From the NCBI GenBank assembly GCA_965199955.1, contig CBDATQ010000001.1, positions 1 through 64,000 of the forward strand: a stretch of 64,000 bases of DNA, given 5' to 3'. Source of the DNA: Spirochaetia bacterium (GTDB lineage Bacteria > Spirochaetota > Spirochaetia > SZUA-6 > Bin103). A program made the translations under genes and the position numbers. Positions 28,181 to 37,125 of this stretch are shown here, one piece after another; the first letter of the stretch is position 1; each line of letters starts with the position of its first letter. A model generated the notes under the pieces. That model had not been told where the DNA came from and did no database searches. It worked only from the letters and a program-made list of their open reading frames with translations.

Positions 28181-29353
28181 ATGCAGCGCCTGCGCCTGTT
28201 CGTGTTCACCGTCAGCCACTTCTTTGTCGACTCGTACGCGTCCATGCTCACCCCGGCGCTGCCGTTCGTGCGCGACCGGCTGGGGCTGACCTTCGCCCAG
28301 ATCGGCCTGCTCGGCTCCTTCGTGCAGCTCTCGAACCTCGGCCAGCCGCTGCTGGGCATCCTGGGCGACTACCTGCGCGGGCGCTGGCTGATCTTCGTCG
28401 GCATCGCCGTGGCGGCGGTGTTCGCGCCGCTGATCGGTGTGGTGCCCACCTTCGCGTGGCTGGTGCCGTGCGTGATGCTGGCCGGCCTGGGCGTCTCCGC
28501 CTTCCATCCCTCCGGCTTCGCGCTGGCCGGCGACCTGTCGGGCGACCGCCGCTCGTTCGGGCTGGCGCTGTTCATCTTCGGCGGGACGGCGGCGCTGGGC
28601 TTCACGCCGCTGTGGGTGCCGGCGCTGGTGACCACGCTGGGGATGGGGTGGCTGCCGCTGGCGACGATCCCGGGGCTGCTGATGCTGCCGTTCGTGATCG
28701 CCATGGTGCCGGCGCGCAGCACGCCGCGCTCCGCCCTGCCGGAGCGGGTGGCGGAGTTCCGCAGCGCGCTGGCCCCGATCGGAGTGATCGTGGCGACGGT
28801 GATCGTGCGCTCGATCGGCGGTTTCGGCTTCGCGTTCTTCCTGCCGCTGCTCGGCCAGGAACGGGGGCTGCCGCCGCTGGTCTGGGGGATGCAGCTCGCC
28901 GTCTACAACTTGTCGGGCGTGGTGGGCAGCCTGATCCTGGGGTACCTGGCCGACCGGCGGGACCCCAAGCCGCTGGTGCTGGCGTCGCTGGTGCTGGCCA
29001 CCCCCTTCATGCTGCTTGCCCTGAACGCCGAAGGGCTGATGGCGCTGGCGATGCTGGCCGCCGGCGGCACCATGGCGTTCGCCAGCAACTCGATCATGGT
29101 GGCGATGGCGCAGCAGCGCGCACCGGCCAACGCCGGCTTCGTCTCCAGCCTGCCGGGCGGTTTCAGTTGGGGGGTGGCCGGGCTCACCATGCCGCTGTTC
29201 GGGCTGATCGCCGACGCCTCCGGGGTGCTCGCGGCGATGCGCATCCTGGCGGTGCTGCCGCTGGCCGCGGCGGCGGTGGGGCTGCTGCTGCCTCGGAAGG
29301 GGGCCGGGAGGCCGGAGCTGCAGCCGGCCGGCGCGGGGGCCGCGCGTGGCTGA
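28181..29353 (+). CDS. MFS transporter (Fsr-like)
   Basis: HFFVDSY, QPLLG..GD, SAFHP, GYLADR; about 12 TM segments. Confidence 0.88.
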   Translation: MQRLRLFVFTVSHFFVDSYASMLTPALPFVRDRLGLTFAQIGLLGSFVQLSNLGQPLLGILGDYLRGRWLIFVGIAVAAVFAPLIGVVPTFAWLVPCVMLAGLGVSAFHPSGFALAGDLSGDRRSFGLALFIFGGTAALGFTPLWVPALVTTLGMGWLPLATIPGLLMLPFVIAMVPARSTPRSALPERVAEFRSALAPIGVIVATVIVRSIGGFGFAFFLPLLGQERGLPPLVWGMQLAVYNLSGVVGSLILGYLADRRDPKPLVLASLVLATPFMLLALNAEGLMALAMLAAGGTMAFASNSIMVAMAQQRAPANAGFVSSLPGGFSWGVAGLTMPLFGLIADASGVLAAMRILAVLPLAAAAVGLLLPRKGAGRPELQPAGAGAARG

Positions 29354-30500
29354 CGGGCTGACGCTGCGCTACGGCACCAACCCGCACCAGGCGCACGCCC
29401 GCGCGTCGCTGGAGGGTGGCCGGCTGCCGTTCGCGGTGCTGAACGGCGCGCCCGGCTACATCAACCTGCTGGACGCCCTGAACGCGTGGCAGCTCGTGCG
29501 CGAGCTGCGTGAGGCCACCGGGCTGGCGGCGGCAGCTTCATTCAAGCACGTGAGTCCGGCCGGCGCCGCGGTGGCGGTGCCGCTGTCGGACGCCGAGCGC
29601 GCCGCCTGTTTCGCGCGGGGCGAGCTTTCCGCGCCGGCGGCCGCCTACGCGCGCGCCCGCGGCACGGACCGGGTTTCCTCCTATGGCGACTGGATCGCGC
29701 TCAGCGACACGGTGGACGAGGCCACGGCGCGCCTGATCCGGCCGGAGGTGTCCGACGGCATCATCGCCCCGGGCTACGAGCCGGTCGCGCTGGAGGTGCT
29801 GTCGGCCAAGAAGGGGGGCGGCTACCCCGTGCTGGAGGTCGACACGGAGTACCGGCCGCCGGAGCTCGAGCGGCGCACCGTGTTCGGCGTGACCCTGGAG
29901 CAGGCGCGCAACGACCACGCCTGCCACGCGGAGACGCTGACCGCCGCCGGGTTGCCGGCCGAGGTGGTGCGCGACCTGACCGTCGGCCTGATCGCGCTGA
30001 AGTACACGCAGTCCAACTCCGTCTGCCTGTGCGCGCGCGGGCAGACGATCGGCGTGGCCGCCGGCCAGCAGTCGCGCATCCACTGCACGCGGCTGGCGAT
30101 CGCCAAGGCGCGCACCTGGCTGCTGCGCCAGCACCCGCGGGCCCTGGGGTTGCGCTTCCGGCGCGGCGTCCGCAGGCCGGACCGCGACACCGCCGTCGCG
30201 TGCTACGTGGAGCGTGGCCTGACCGGCCCGGACGGCCAGGCGCTGGCGGCCCACCTGAAGGAGCGGCCGGAGCCGATCTCCGCGGACGAGGAGCGGCGCT
30301 GGATCGGCGGCGGCCCGTCGATCAGCCTCTGCTCGGACGGCTTCTTCCCCAACCGGGACAACGTCGACGTGGCCGGCGGCTTCGGCGTGCGCTCCATCGC
30401 ACAGCCCGGCGGCTCGGCCTTCGACGGCGCGGTCGAGGCGGCGTGCCGGGAGCACGGCATCGCCATGGTCAAGACCGGCACCCGCCTCTTCCACCACTGA
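29346..30500 (+). CDS. purH: AICAR formyltransferase (short PurH form, no N-terminal cyclohydrolase domain)
   Basis: LRYGTNPHQ, GYINLLDA, SFKHVSPAG, KYTQSNSV, GQQSRIHCT, SDGFFP, QPGGS, RLFHH. Confidence 0.88.
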   Translation: MADGLTLRYGTNPHQAHARASLEGGRLPFAVLNGAPGYINLLDALNAWQLVRELREATGLAAAASFKHVSPAGAAVAVPLSDAERAACFARGELSAPAAAYARARGTDRVSSYGDWIALSDTVDEATARLIRPEVSDGIIAPGYEPVALEVLSAKKGGGYPVLEVDTEYRPPELERRTVFGVTLEQARNDHACHAETLTAAGLPAEVVRDLTVGLIALKYTQSNSVCLCARGQTIGVAAGQQSRIHCTRLAIAKARTWLLRQHPRALGLRFRRGVRRPDRDTAVACYVERGLTGPDGQALAAHLKERPEPISADEERRWIGGGPSISLCSDGFFPNRDNVDVAGGFGVRSIAQPGGSAFDGAVEAACREHGIAMVKTGTRLFHH

Positions 30501-30613
30501 ACGCCGCTGGCCGTGCGACTGTACCGGCCGCGGTCAGTTAGGCCCCAAAGCGTCAGCGTTGCCGCGATCGCCGGCTGGGCGAACCGGAACATCTCCCGTG
30601 TATTGTTCCGTGC

Positions 30614-30868
30614 ATGGCAACGAAGACTATCACGCTCGAGCTCGACGCCTACGAAAAGCTGAAAGCGGCGAAGCGTTCCGGCGAGTCGTTCTCCGCCACC
30701 GTCCGGCGGGCTCGTTTCGGTCCGGCCGATTCAACCGGGAAGACAATTCTCGCCTTGATGGACGAGCTGACCGTGCGCCCCGTTGATCGGGAAGCCGTGA
30801 AGTACTGGTCATCCGGAGTCGTTGCGGCAAGGACCACGACGCCGTCGCGATGGAGCAGCCACGAGTGA
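30614..30868 (+). CDS. VapB-type antitoxin
   Basis: MATKTITLELDAYEKLKAAKRSGESFS..VRR; GTGA overlap with the PIN remnant. Confidence 0.8.
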   Translation: MATKTITLELDAYEKLKAAKRSGESFSATVRRARFGPADSTGKTILALMDELTVRPVDREAVKYWSSGVVAARTTTPSRWSSHE

Positions 30869-31002
30869 AGCTCGTCGATACCGACGTGCTCATCGCCGCG
30901 ACGGCCCTCGACGCCGGAATCCCGCTGGTGACCGGCAACCTCGCTCACTTCCAGCGTGTACCCGACCTCGAGGTTGAGTCCTACCGTGAGACGAGCGCGT
31001 AG
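30865..31002 (+). pseudogene. VapC/PIN toxin with large in-frame internal deletion (45 aa)
   Basis: MKLVDTDVLI|AATALDAGIPLVTGNLAHFQRVPDLEVESY: the first and last PIN motifs are fused. Confidence 0.85.
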
Positions 31003-31009
31003 AACACCT

Positions 31010-31117
31010 GTGACGCGGAAGGACCGCGTTACGGAGCACCTCGACGCGGTCTACGCGACCGAGGACTCCTCGCTGGATCCAATCCTCGTGGAGAACCAGC
31101 AGCGCACGATCCGAGAG
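31010..31117 (+). pseudogene. C-terminal fragment of ChpI-like RHH antitoxin
   Basis: VTEHLDAVYATEDSSLDPILVENQQRTI resembles the VTe.Ln.vY..e.s.LDp tail of this family; the RHH N-terminus is missing. Confidence 0.55.
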
Positions 31118-31131
31118 GCCGCTCTGCGCGG

Positions 31132-32160
31132 TCAGTCGCTCCCAGCCAACAGGAGCGCCAGCTCGGCCATGCGGTGGGAGAAGCCGACCTCGTTGTCGTA
31201 GAAGCTGGTGGCTTTGATCAGGGTGTTGCCGCCGGCAGGTACCGCCAGCAGGTCGTCGCGGATCATCGACGACCAGGGCTCGCCCACGCAGTCGCGGGAG
31301 CACTCGTACCAGTCGCCCAGGTAGGCGACATGGCCCAGGATGGTGGAGTCGTTCATCGCCTGAATGTTGGCCTGCATGGCCTCCATCACCTCGTCCGCGC
31401 CGTGCTCGCCCTCGATCAGGAACACCGCCTCCACCACGCTGCCGGTATCGGTGGGCACGCGCAGGGCGGTGCCGTTGAGCTTGCCGTCCAGGTGTGGGAG
31501 CACCTTGCCGACCGCCTTGGCGGCGCCGGTGGAGGCCGGGATGATGTTGTTCAGGGTCGCCCGGTTCTTGCTGCCGCCGAACGCGTCGACGACCTTCTGG
31601 GTGGCGGTGGCCGCGTGCGTGGTGCTCATCAGGCCGGCGAGGATGGGGAAGGAGCGGTCGACCACCGCGGCCAGCGGCGCCAGGCAGTTGGTGGTGCAGC
31701 TCGCGTTGGAGACGATCGTCTCTTCTCCGGTGAGCGATTCGTGGTTGACGCCGACCACCACGGTGGGGGTGTCGTCGTCGCAGGGGGCGGAGACCACCAC
31801 GCGCCGCGCGCCGGCGCGCAGGTGGGCGGAGCTCCGCTCCTGGGTGAGGTAGAAGCCCGTGCACTCGAACACCACGTCCACGCCGTGGTCGCCCCACGGC
31901 ACGCCGACGGCATCCTTCTCGCCGTAGATGGCGACCTGGTGGTCGCCGATGCGGAGGCTGTTGCCCGGGCCGCGCTCCACCGGCGCCGGGAAGCGCCCGT
32001 AGACGGAGTCGCGCGGCAGGCTGGCGGCGATGTCGTCCACCGGCACCAGGTCGTTGCCGGCGACGATCTCGAACCGGTCCGGCAGCCGCCCCAGGATCAC
32101 GCGCATCACGTTCTTGCCGATGCGCCCCATGCCGTTGAATCCGACTCTCAGCTTTGCCAT
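31132..32160 (-). CDS. gap: Type I glyceraldehyde-3-phosphate dehydrogenase (divergent)
   Basis: GFNGMGRIG, ECTG, SNASCTTNCLAP, IIPASTGAAKAVG, RVPT, YDNE. Confidence 0.9.
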   Translation of the reverse strand: MAKLRVGFNGMGRIGKNVMRVILGRLPDRFEIVAGNDLVPVDDIAASLPRDSVYGRFPAPVERGPGNSLRIGDHQVAIYGEKDAVGVPWGDHGVDVVFECTGFYLTQERSSAHLRAGARRVVVSAPCDDDTPTVVVGVNHESLTGEETIVSNASCTTNCLAPLAAVVDRSFPILAGLMSTTHAATATQKVVDAFGGSKNRATLNNIIPASTGAAKAVGKVLPHLDGKLNGTALRVPTDTGSVVEAVFLIEGEHGADEVMEAMQANIQAMNDSTILGHVAYLGDWYECSRDCVGEPWSSMIRDDLLAVPAGGNTLIKATSFYDNEVGFSHRMAELALLLAGSD

Positions 32161-32227
32161 CGTGCCGGACCATACCCGTAGTGCCTCCCCTGTGTCTTCG
32201 CTGGCGGGGCGCGGTAGAATCGGCGCC

Positions 32228-34507
32228 GTGAACACGCAACCTGCCGCGGGGGCCGCGTCGCCGAGCGTCGGCATGCCGACGCCGCTCATCGACGGGGAGG
32301 CGCGCGTGCGCGGCCGCCTCCGCTTCACGGCGGACTACATCGACCGGCGAACCCTTGCCATGCGCCTGGTGACCAGCCCCTACGCGCACGCCCGCGTGCG
32401 CTCCATCGACACGGAGGCGGCGTGCGCGCTGCCCGGCGTGGTGCGCGTCCTGACCGCGGCGGACCTGCCCGAGATCACGCCCACGACCCGCGTCCGGCTG
32501 CTGCTGGCGCGCGACCGCGCGCTGTTCGCCGGCCACCCGGTGGCGCTGGTGATCGCCGAGACCGAGGCCGCGGCCGAGGACGGCGTCGACGCCGTGATGG
32601 TCGACTACGAGCCGCTGCCGGCGGCCACCACCATGGACGCGTCCGTCCGGCCGGGCGCCCCGCTGGTGTGGCCGGAGGGGGTGCCGGGCGAGGACGCGGA
32701 GGCAGCCGACCACGGCGCCGACGTGGGCGGCGCGGCCGACGGACCCGTCGCGCCGTCCAACGTCGCCAACCCGGTCGGCTTTCAGCGCGGCGACGCGGAC
32801 GCCGCGCTGCGCTCCGCGTACCGGAGCGTCGACCTCACTTTCGAGGTCGACCGCGTCCACCAGAGCTATCTGGAGCCGCACGCCACCATTGCCGAACCCG
32901 GTGAGGAGCGCGGCGCGACGGTGCGGAGCGCCTCGCAGGCGCCCACCAACGTGCAGAAGGAGTCGGCCGCGCTGCTGGGGGTGCCGCCGTCCGACGTCGA
33001 CGCCAAGGTCATGCACGTCGGCGGCGGCTTCGGCGGCAAGTTCATCCTCTACGAGCCGCTGGTGACCGCGGCCGCGCGCGCCATGGACGCCCCGGTGCAG
33101 CTCGTGATGACCCGGCGCGAGGAGTTGCTGGCCGCGCAGCCGGCGGCCGGCGGGCGCCTGCGCATCCGGCTCGGCGCGGACGAGGACGGCTCGCTGACCG
33201 CGGTCAAGGCGGACCTCACCTACGACGGAGGCTGCTTTCCGAACTCGCCGACCGGCATCGGCGTGATGATGTGCGGCAGCATCTACCGGGCGCCCAACAT
33301 CGACGTCCGCGGCGTCACCGTGATGACGCACAAGGCGTCGATCGGCGCCTACCGCGCGCCGGGGATGACCCAGCAGGCGTTCGCGATGGAGAGCGCCATG
33401 GACGAGCTGGCGATCGCCCTGGACCTGGACCCGCTGGAGCTGCGACTGCGCAACGTTTCGCAGGCGGGCGATGAGCTGGCCGACGGCAGCGAGTGGCCGG
33501 ACATCGGCATGCGGGAGGTGCTGGAGAAGCTGCGCGCGCATCCACTCTGGCAGAAGCGCGAGAGCCTGGCGGCTTCCGGGCGCGGCGTCGGGGTGGCGCT
33601 CGGCGCGTGGTTCGGGGGCGTGGATGCCAGCAACGCCGGCTGCACGGTGGAAGAGGACGGCGGCATCACCGTGCACCTGAACGCCGTGGACCTGACCGGC
33701 GTCAGCACCAGCGTGGTGCTCCTGGTAGCCGAGGAGATCGGCGTCAGTCCGGACGCGGTGCGGGTGCGCTGGCAGGGGCAGGTCGACGGCCCCTACCACC
33801 TGTCCAACGCCGGCGGCAGCAAGACGCTCCGGTCAGTGGGGCCCGCGGTGACCGCGGCGGCCCGCGACGCCAGGGAGCAGCTCTTCCGCGTGGCGGCGGC
33901 GCACCTCGAGGCGGACGCCGCCGACCTGGAGATCGCCGACAACGCGGTGCGCGTCAAGGGCGTGCCGGAGTCCGCGGTCGCGATCGGCGAGCTGGCCGGC
34001 ATGCGCGCCCTGCACGGGCCGATCGCCGGCCACGGCCGCAGCGCTCCGGGCGGACGCACGCCGGCCTTCTGCGCTCAGATGGCGGAGGTGAGCGTGGATG
34101 AGGAGACCGGCCGCATCACCGTGCACGGTATCGTCATGGCCCAGGACGTGGGCCGCGCGATCAACCCGCTGACGGTCGCCGGCCAGATGATGGGCGGCGC
34201 CGCGCAGGGAGCCGGCTGGGCGCTCTGCGAGCGGCTGGTCTACGACGAGGACGGCCAGCTCCTCACCGGCACGCTGATGGACTACGCGGTGCCGTCCGCG
34301 AAGGACATCCCACCGATCGAGACGCTGCTGGTGGAACGGTCGTCCGGCAACGACCCGCACGGCGCGCGCGGCGTCGGCGAGCCGCCGATCATCGCCACCG
34401 CCGGGGCGATCGCCAACGCGGTCCGGCACGGCAGCGGCCGGCGGGTGACCGCGGCGCCGCTCATCCCCAGCCGGGTCCTGGCCGCACCGAGGGCCGCCTC
34501 TGCCTGA
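32228..34507 (+). CDS. Xanthine dehydrogenase-family molybdopterin-binding subunit
   Basis: SPYAHAR, HQSYLEPH, GGGFGGK, AYRAPG, DVGRAINP, GTLMDY, RGVGEPP; TAGAAT 7 nt before GTG. Confidence 0.9.
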   Translation: MNTQPAAGAASPSVGMPTPLIDGEARVRGRLRFTADYIDRRTLAMRLVTSPYAHARVRSIDTEAACALPGVVRVLTAADLPEITPTTRVRLLLARDRALFAGHPVALVIAETEAAAEDGVDAVMVDYEPLPAATTMDASVRPGAPLVWPEGVPGEDAEAADHGADVGGAADGPVAPSNVANPVGFQRGDADAALRSAYRSVDLTFEVDRVHQSYLEPHATIAEPGEERGATVRSASQAPTNVQKESAALLGVPPSDVDAKVMHVGGGFGGKFILYEPLVTAAARAMDAPVQLVMTRREELLAAQPAAGGRLRIRLGADEDGSLTAVKADLTYDGGCFPNSPTGIGVMMCGSIYRAPNIDVRGVTVMTHKASIGAYRAPGMTQQAFAMESAMDELAIALDLDPLELRLRNVSQAGDELADGSEWPDIGMREVLEKLRAHPLWQKRESLAASGRGVGVALGAWFGGVDASNAGCTVEEDGGITVHLNAVDLTGVSTSVVLLVAEEIGVSPDAVRVRWQGQVDGPYHLSNAGGSKTLRSVGPAVTAAARDAREQLFRVAAAHLEADAADLEIADNAVRVKGVPESAVAIGELAGMRALHGPIAGHGRSAPGGRTPAFCAQMAEVSVDEETGRITVHGIVMAQDVGRAINPLTVAGQMMGGAAQGAGWALCERLVYDEDGQLLTGTLMDYAVPSAKDIPPIETLLVERSSGNDPHGARGVGEPPIIATAGAIANAVRHGSGRRVTAAPLIPSRVLAAPRAASA

Positions 34508-34565
34508 CCGGCCTGCGCCGGACGCACGGCCGCGTGACGCGGAGCCGGCGCTCCCGTCGCGCCTC

Positions 34566-35495
34566 GTGCTGGGCACCGCCCGCCTGGCCGCCGGAGGTGT
34601 TGCGCTGCCGGGCGCGCTGCGCGGAACGCCGGCGCTCGCGCTCCTGGACCGCGCGTTCGAGCTGGGCATCCGGACGCTGGACACGGCGGCCATCTACCAG
34701 CTCGGCGGCAGCGAACGGCTGCTCGGCGCCTGGATGCGGAGCGCGGGGGTCCGCGGGCGGATCTACCTGATCGGCAAGGGCGGACATCCGTCGCTGCTCG
34801 GCCGCGCGCGGCTCGGGCGCGGCGACCTGGAGCGCGACCTGCAGGCGTCGCTGCGGCGGCTCGGCACCGATTTCCTGGACCTCTATCTGCTGCACCGCGA
34901 CGCGCCCGGCGCGCCGCTGGAACCGATCGCGGAGACGCTCCGGTCGTTCTTGGCGGACGGCCGCATCCGCGCCTACGGCGTGTCCAACTGGACCCATGAG
35001 CGGTTCACGGCGCTGCACGAGCTGGCGGTGAGCCGGAAGCAGCCGCCGCCGGCCGCTTCGAGCCCACAGTTCAGCCTGCCGCGGTGGGTGACGACGCCGT
35101 ACCCGGGCTGCGTGTCGATCGGCGGGCCGGACGGCGCCGCGGCGCTGCGGACCTACCGCGAGGCAGGCGCCGCGGTTCTGGCCTGGTCGCCGCTCGGCGG
35201 CGGCTGGCTGCGCGCGCCCGGCGCGCGCGCGCGCGGCCGGGCGTACCGGGGCGCCGGCAACGACGCGCGCCATGCCCGCCTGGCGACGCTGGCGGAACGG
35301 ATCGGCTGCACACCGGCGCAGGCGGGGCTCGCCTGGGTACTCGCGCACGGCCGCGGCGTGCACGCGATCGTGGGCACGCGCCGGCCGGAGCGGCTCGCCG
35401 AGTTGCAGGGCGCCCTGGAGCTGTCGCTGAGCGCCGGGCAGATCGACTGGCTGGCGAACGGCGACGGCGGGACCGCACCGGCGGCAGCGTCGTGA
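34566..35495 (+). CDS. Aldo/keto reductase
   Basis: DTAAIY, GKGGHP, DLYLLHRD, GVSNW, AWSPL. Conserved SRLVLGT begins upstream of 34566, so the true start may be CTG 34500. Confidence 0.88.
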   Translation: MLGTARLAAGGVALPGALRGTPALALLDRAFELGIRTLDTAAIYQLGGSERLLGAWMRSAGVRGRIYLIGKGGHPSLLGRARLGRGDLERDLQASLRRLGTDFLDLYLLHRDAPGAPLEPIAETLRSFLADGRIRAYGVSNWTHERFTALHELAVSRKQPPPAASSPQFSLPRWVTTPYPGCVSIGGPDGAAALRTYREAGAAVLAWSPLGGGWLRAPGARARGRAYRGAGNDARHARLATLAERIGCTPAQAGLAWVLAHGRGVHAIVGTRRPERLAELQGALELSLSAGQIDWLANGDGGTAPAAAS

Positions 35496-37108
35496 GCGAC
35501 GCCGACGCGATCGTGGTGGGCTCCGGCGCGGCAGGCGGCTGGGCGTCCAAGGAGCTGACCGAGGCGGGGCTGCGCGTGCTGCTGCTGGAAGCCGGGCCGG
35601 AGCGCACGCCGGCGCGGGCCGGGCGGGCGTGGGCGACGCGGCTGTGGCGGCACGCGCGCGGCGCGCAGACGGTGCAGGAGCTGCACAGCGAGTACTGGAT
35701 CAAGGATCCCAACCTGTTCGTGAAGGACGTCGAGCAGGGGTACTCGACGCCGCCCGACCGCCCGTTCGTCTGGATCCGCGGACGGCAGCTCGGGGGGCGC
35801 ACGCTGCTCTGGGGCGGGGTGACGCTGCGCCTGTCCGACTACGAGCTGGCGGCCGCCGAGAGCGACGGCCACGGGCCGCCGTGGCCGATCCGCTACCGGG
35901 ACCTGGAGCCGCACTACGACCGCATCGAGCGATTCCTGTGCATCCACGGCACGCGCGAGGGGCTGCCGCAGCTTCCGGACGGGCAGTACGTCGGCGCGCG
36001 CCCGCTGACGCGGGCGGAGCGCCGCCTGGGCGACGGGGTGGCGGCCGCCTGGCCCGACCGGCGGCTGATCCCGTCGCGCGGGTTGGCGCTGGAGCGCCAC
36101 GGCGGCCGCGAGCCGCGCCTGAACAGCGTGGGCACCAGCATCGCCGCGGCGCGCGCGACCGGGCGGCTGGAGGTCCGCACCGGCGCGGCGGTCAGCCACC
36201 TGATCCCCGGCGGCCGCGCGGGCGGCGCCGGCGGGGTGCTGTACGTGGATGCGGCAACGGGCGCGTCGCACGCGGCGAGGGCGCGGCTGATCGTGCTGTG
36301 CGCCTCCACGATCGACACGGTGCGGATACTGCTGGCCACGCGGGTGGAGCATCCCGAGTTGACGGTGAGCGAATCGGACTGCCTGGGCGGGTACCTGATG
36401 GACCACGTGATCGTGGGAACGGCGGTGGAGCTGGACGGCGTCCCCTACGAGCCGCCCGCGCCGTTCACGGGCGCCGACTCGTTCCTGGTGCCGCGGTTCC
36501 AGAACCTCGACGGCGCCGGCGCCGGCGCCGAGCCATACCTGCGCGGCTACGGCCTGTGGGGGATCATCCAGCGGCGCGGATACGCCGGCCGCCGCGGCCG
36601 GCCGGCGCTCGGCCTGGTGGTCGCGCAGGGGGAGATGCTGCCGCGGTCCGAAAACCGCGTGGAGCTGAACGGCGAACGGAGCCGCGACGGCCTGCGCGGC
36701 GTCCACATCAGCTGCGCCTGGGGCGACAACGACCGGGCCGTGCACGCCGCCATGGGCACGGCGGTCGAGGAGATGATGCACGCCGCCGGCGGGCGCATGG
36801 TGCGGCGCTTCGCAGCGCTGTCCCGGATGCCCGGCATGCTGGGGTTGCCGGCGCGCCTGGAGCGGTTCTGGCTGGAGCCGCCGCCGGGCGCGTTCGTGCA
36901 CGAGGTGGGCGGCGCCCGCATGGGCTCGGACCCGGCCGACTCCGTGGTCGACCCGCGCAACCGTTGCTGGGGGATGTCCAACGTGCTGGTCACCGACGGC
37001 GCCTGCTGGCCGACCTGCGGCTGGCAGAGCCCGACGCTGACCATCATGGCGGTCACCGGCCGCGCGTGCTCGCTGGCGGTGGCCGATTTGCGCCGTGGCG
37101 ACCTCTGA
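35492..37108 (+). CDS. GMC-family FAD oxidoreductase
   Basis: GTG 35492; VVGSGAAGG, LLEAG, GGRTLLWG, YLMDH, HEVGGARMG, PTLTIMA. Confidence 0.9.
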   Translation: MSDADAIVVGSGAAGGWASKELTEAGLRVLLLEAGPERTPARAGRAWATRLWRHARGAQTVQELHSEYWIKDPNLFVKDVEQGYSTPPDRPFVWIRGRQLGGRTLLWGGVTLRLSDYELAAAESDGHGPPWPIRYRDLEPHYDRIERFLCIHGTREGLPQLPDGQYVGARPLTRAERRLGDGVAAAWPDRRLIPSRGLALERHGGREPRLNSVGTSIAAARATGRLEVRTGAAVSHLIPGGRAGGAGGVLYVDAATGASHAARARLIVLCASTIDTVRILLATRVEHPELTVSESDCLGGYLMDHVIVGTAVELDGVPYEPPAPFTGADSFLVPRFQNLDGAGAGAEPYLRGYGLWGIIQRRGYAGRRGRPALGLVVAQGEMLPRSENRVELNGERSRDGLRGVHISCAWGDNDRAVHAAMGTAVEEMMHAAGGRMVRRFAALSRMPGMLGLPARLERFWLEPPPGAFVHEVGGARMGSDPADSVVDPRNRCWGMSNVLVTDGACWPTCGWQSPTLTIMAVTGRACSLAVADLRRGDL

Positions 37109-37125
37109 AAAGGGGCGGCCGGCCG

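Noticed and set aside
30537..30543. GTTAGGC as an integron attC/attI core before the vapBC module
   Set aside because: I found no complementary RYYYAAC box, attC-like stem or integrase; a single 7-mer is insufficient.
30890..33799. 969-aa minus ORF (likewise 41502-44354, 26840-28507, 9024-10787 and 55669-57855)
   Set aside because: Low-complexity R/G/A/P-rich shadow frames overlapping well-supported genes; no family motifs.
32228..34507. Aerobic CO dehydrogenase CoxL
   Set aside because: The active-site loop is AYRAPG, not AYxCSFR or AYxGAGR, and there are no coxMS neighbours.
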